Below are positions 62,401 to 64,000 of a DNA stretch of 64,000 nucleotides, piece by piece (the first letter of the stretch is position 1; every line of letters starts with the position of its first letter). Origin of the DNA: Vairimorpha necatrix. Lineage: Eukaryota. The stretch is taken from assembly GCA_036630325.1 (NCBI GenBank), contig CP142737.1, positions 310,001 to 374,000 of the forward strand. The letters are read 5' to 3'. A program made the position numbers and the translations under genes. Under the pieces are notes generated by a model. The model did not search any database. It was not told the origin of the DNA and worked only from the letters and a program-made list of their open reading frames with translations.

Positions 62401-64000
62401 CAGATAGCACTTTCTGATATCATTATTTGTAAAATTAAACATCTACCTGATATTATTCAAAAAAAATTTTAAAAAATCAATATTTCATTACTACATTTAA
62501 ATGGCTCAACAAGATTAAACTTATGTAAATTCAAATAATATATTTCTTTTATTATCATAAATAAAAACACATTGTCTGGAATATATCGATACTAGTATCA
62601 TCATAACATAACAATGAATTACCGTCGAGATCTTAAAATCTGTAACTTATACCACCGTAAAATTTTTTCTTGTAAAGGTAATAAAATTTAAGAAGATTTG
62701 TTAAATAGCAAAAAACACTTTTTTCATAATTACTGTCTATCTTGTTCCACATCTGTTAAATTCAAAACCACATAAATATCTTTGTCACTGTAATTTTATG
62801 TATATTAAACACTAGAAGAATTCATTACGTGTGACCAATTACATATTAGTAATAATTGATAATACATAAGATGTATTTAAAACTTCAAATGCGTAAATTT
62901 GAATCTACCTACATTCGAAATACATTTCGATTTATGATCGATGCCTGTCAAAAAATCACGCTATCTAAATCAGGTTTATAACAAGATAATTAATAAAAGA
63001 AAAAGCATAAAAATTATATTAAAAAACAGTTACACATCATTGGTTGACCATCTAATGTATAACCAAAAAAAAATATTATTTTAGAAGAGTAGCTAAAAAT
63101 ATTTAATTCAGATTCTTCATTAGATACTCAGACCATTATAGAACATAAGTTTTATTCGTTTTTCAAATAAATAATTAGGGTATACTCTTAACCCAGTTTT
63201 GAAGTAAACAATTAACTGGTCAATTTGGTATTAATACAGTACATTGTAAAAAAATAACTAAGGATTTGATTGCCCGACATACCCCAAGGTATTACAAGTT
63301 TAAAACCTTATTTTTGTTTTAATATCCAGACATCCTTAGATGTTTAATCATATATCATAAAATTAAAATAACATTGAAAACAAAAAAAGTGCATTAATTA
63401 TCAATATAAAAAAATTTTTATCTAATTTCTATGTAATAATCGCTTTGTAATTATCATAATTTAAATTTTAAACTGTTTTTTACTTAAATATTCAAATAGA
63501 AAATAAAAAAAACTTCATACCCTACGAATTAAAACAATTATAATACGCACAAAAATAAGTATTTAATACTCTACTTTAAATGCAAAAAAAATTACTAAAA
63601 AAGTTTAAATAACTTTTTTCTTTATTTTAAAGTAAAGAAGTGTATATTGGAATCTTTGTCCTATACATTTCTCTAGTCTTTTGTTAATTTAGCCATAATA
63701 CTTTTTTCGAAGACAACATCGAAAAAAAAAATTTAAAACTATATTATTACGAGATATGTGTTTGTGGATAGTTTTAAATTGTAGTTTGGCCCAATTTCTT
63801 AATCAATAGGCAATACAACAAAAATCAAGTTGTTATACGTATTTTTGCATTTTTTAGTGGTCTTATAGAGAATTCTCGAGATTATTTTTTTAGTATCTTG
63901 AGTTTGGAACTACAGAAAGTGAGAAGATAATTTGAGAGACAAGATTTAAAATACAGAAGAAGCGAACAATCAATCTCTGATTAAGAGAAATTTATACCTA

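Overview
AT-rich eukaryotic DNA from a microsporidian, most likely the Nosema/Vairimorpha group. This is inferred from intronless compact genes, a CCC motif just before most ATGs, an expanded divergent serpin family, and a U3 snoRNA whose box A matches the microsporidian SSU rRNA 5' end. Two gene-dense housekeeping islands are present. The first (~15.9-20.5 kb) has AspRS, U3, a LisH/CTLH protein, a Rad17-like gene and tRNA-Ala. The second (~30-41.4 kb) has two tRNA-Ala, NAC-alpha, Rab GGTase alpha, ubiquitin-S27a, a GPI EtN-P transferase, TrpRS and SEL1/Hrd3. They sit in gene-poor accessory DNA holding seven serpin loci (4 intact, 3 disabled), a three-member secreted family and many mobile elements. 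Highlights: (1) a 3.14-kb Ty3/gypsy element with identical 49-bp LTRs that contain the CCC promoter motif and the Gag ATG, with no visible protease; (2) a ~770-bp tRNA-headed, hairpin-rich, A-tailed Pol III-type element whose motifs seem to recur at ~42 kb, ~50 kb and ~58 kb; (3) an intact Merlin transposon with an 8-bp TSD, plus relics and a 579-bp MITE family; (4) a tRNA-Ala(CGC) with C33. All calls were made by eye, without database searches.
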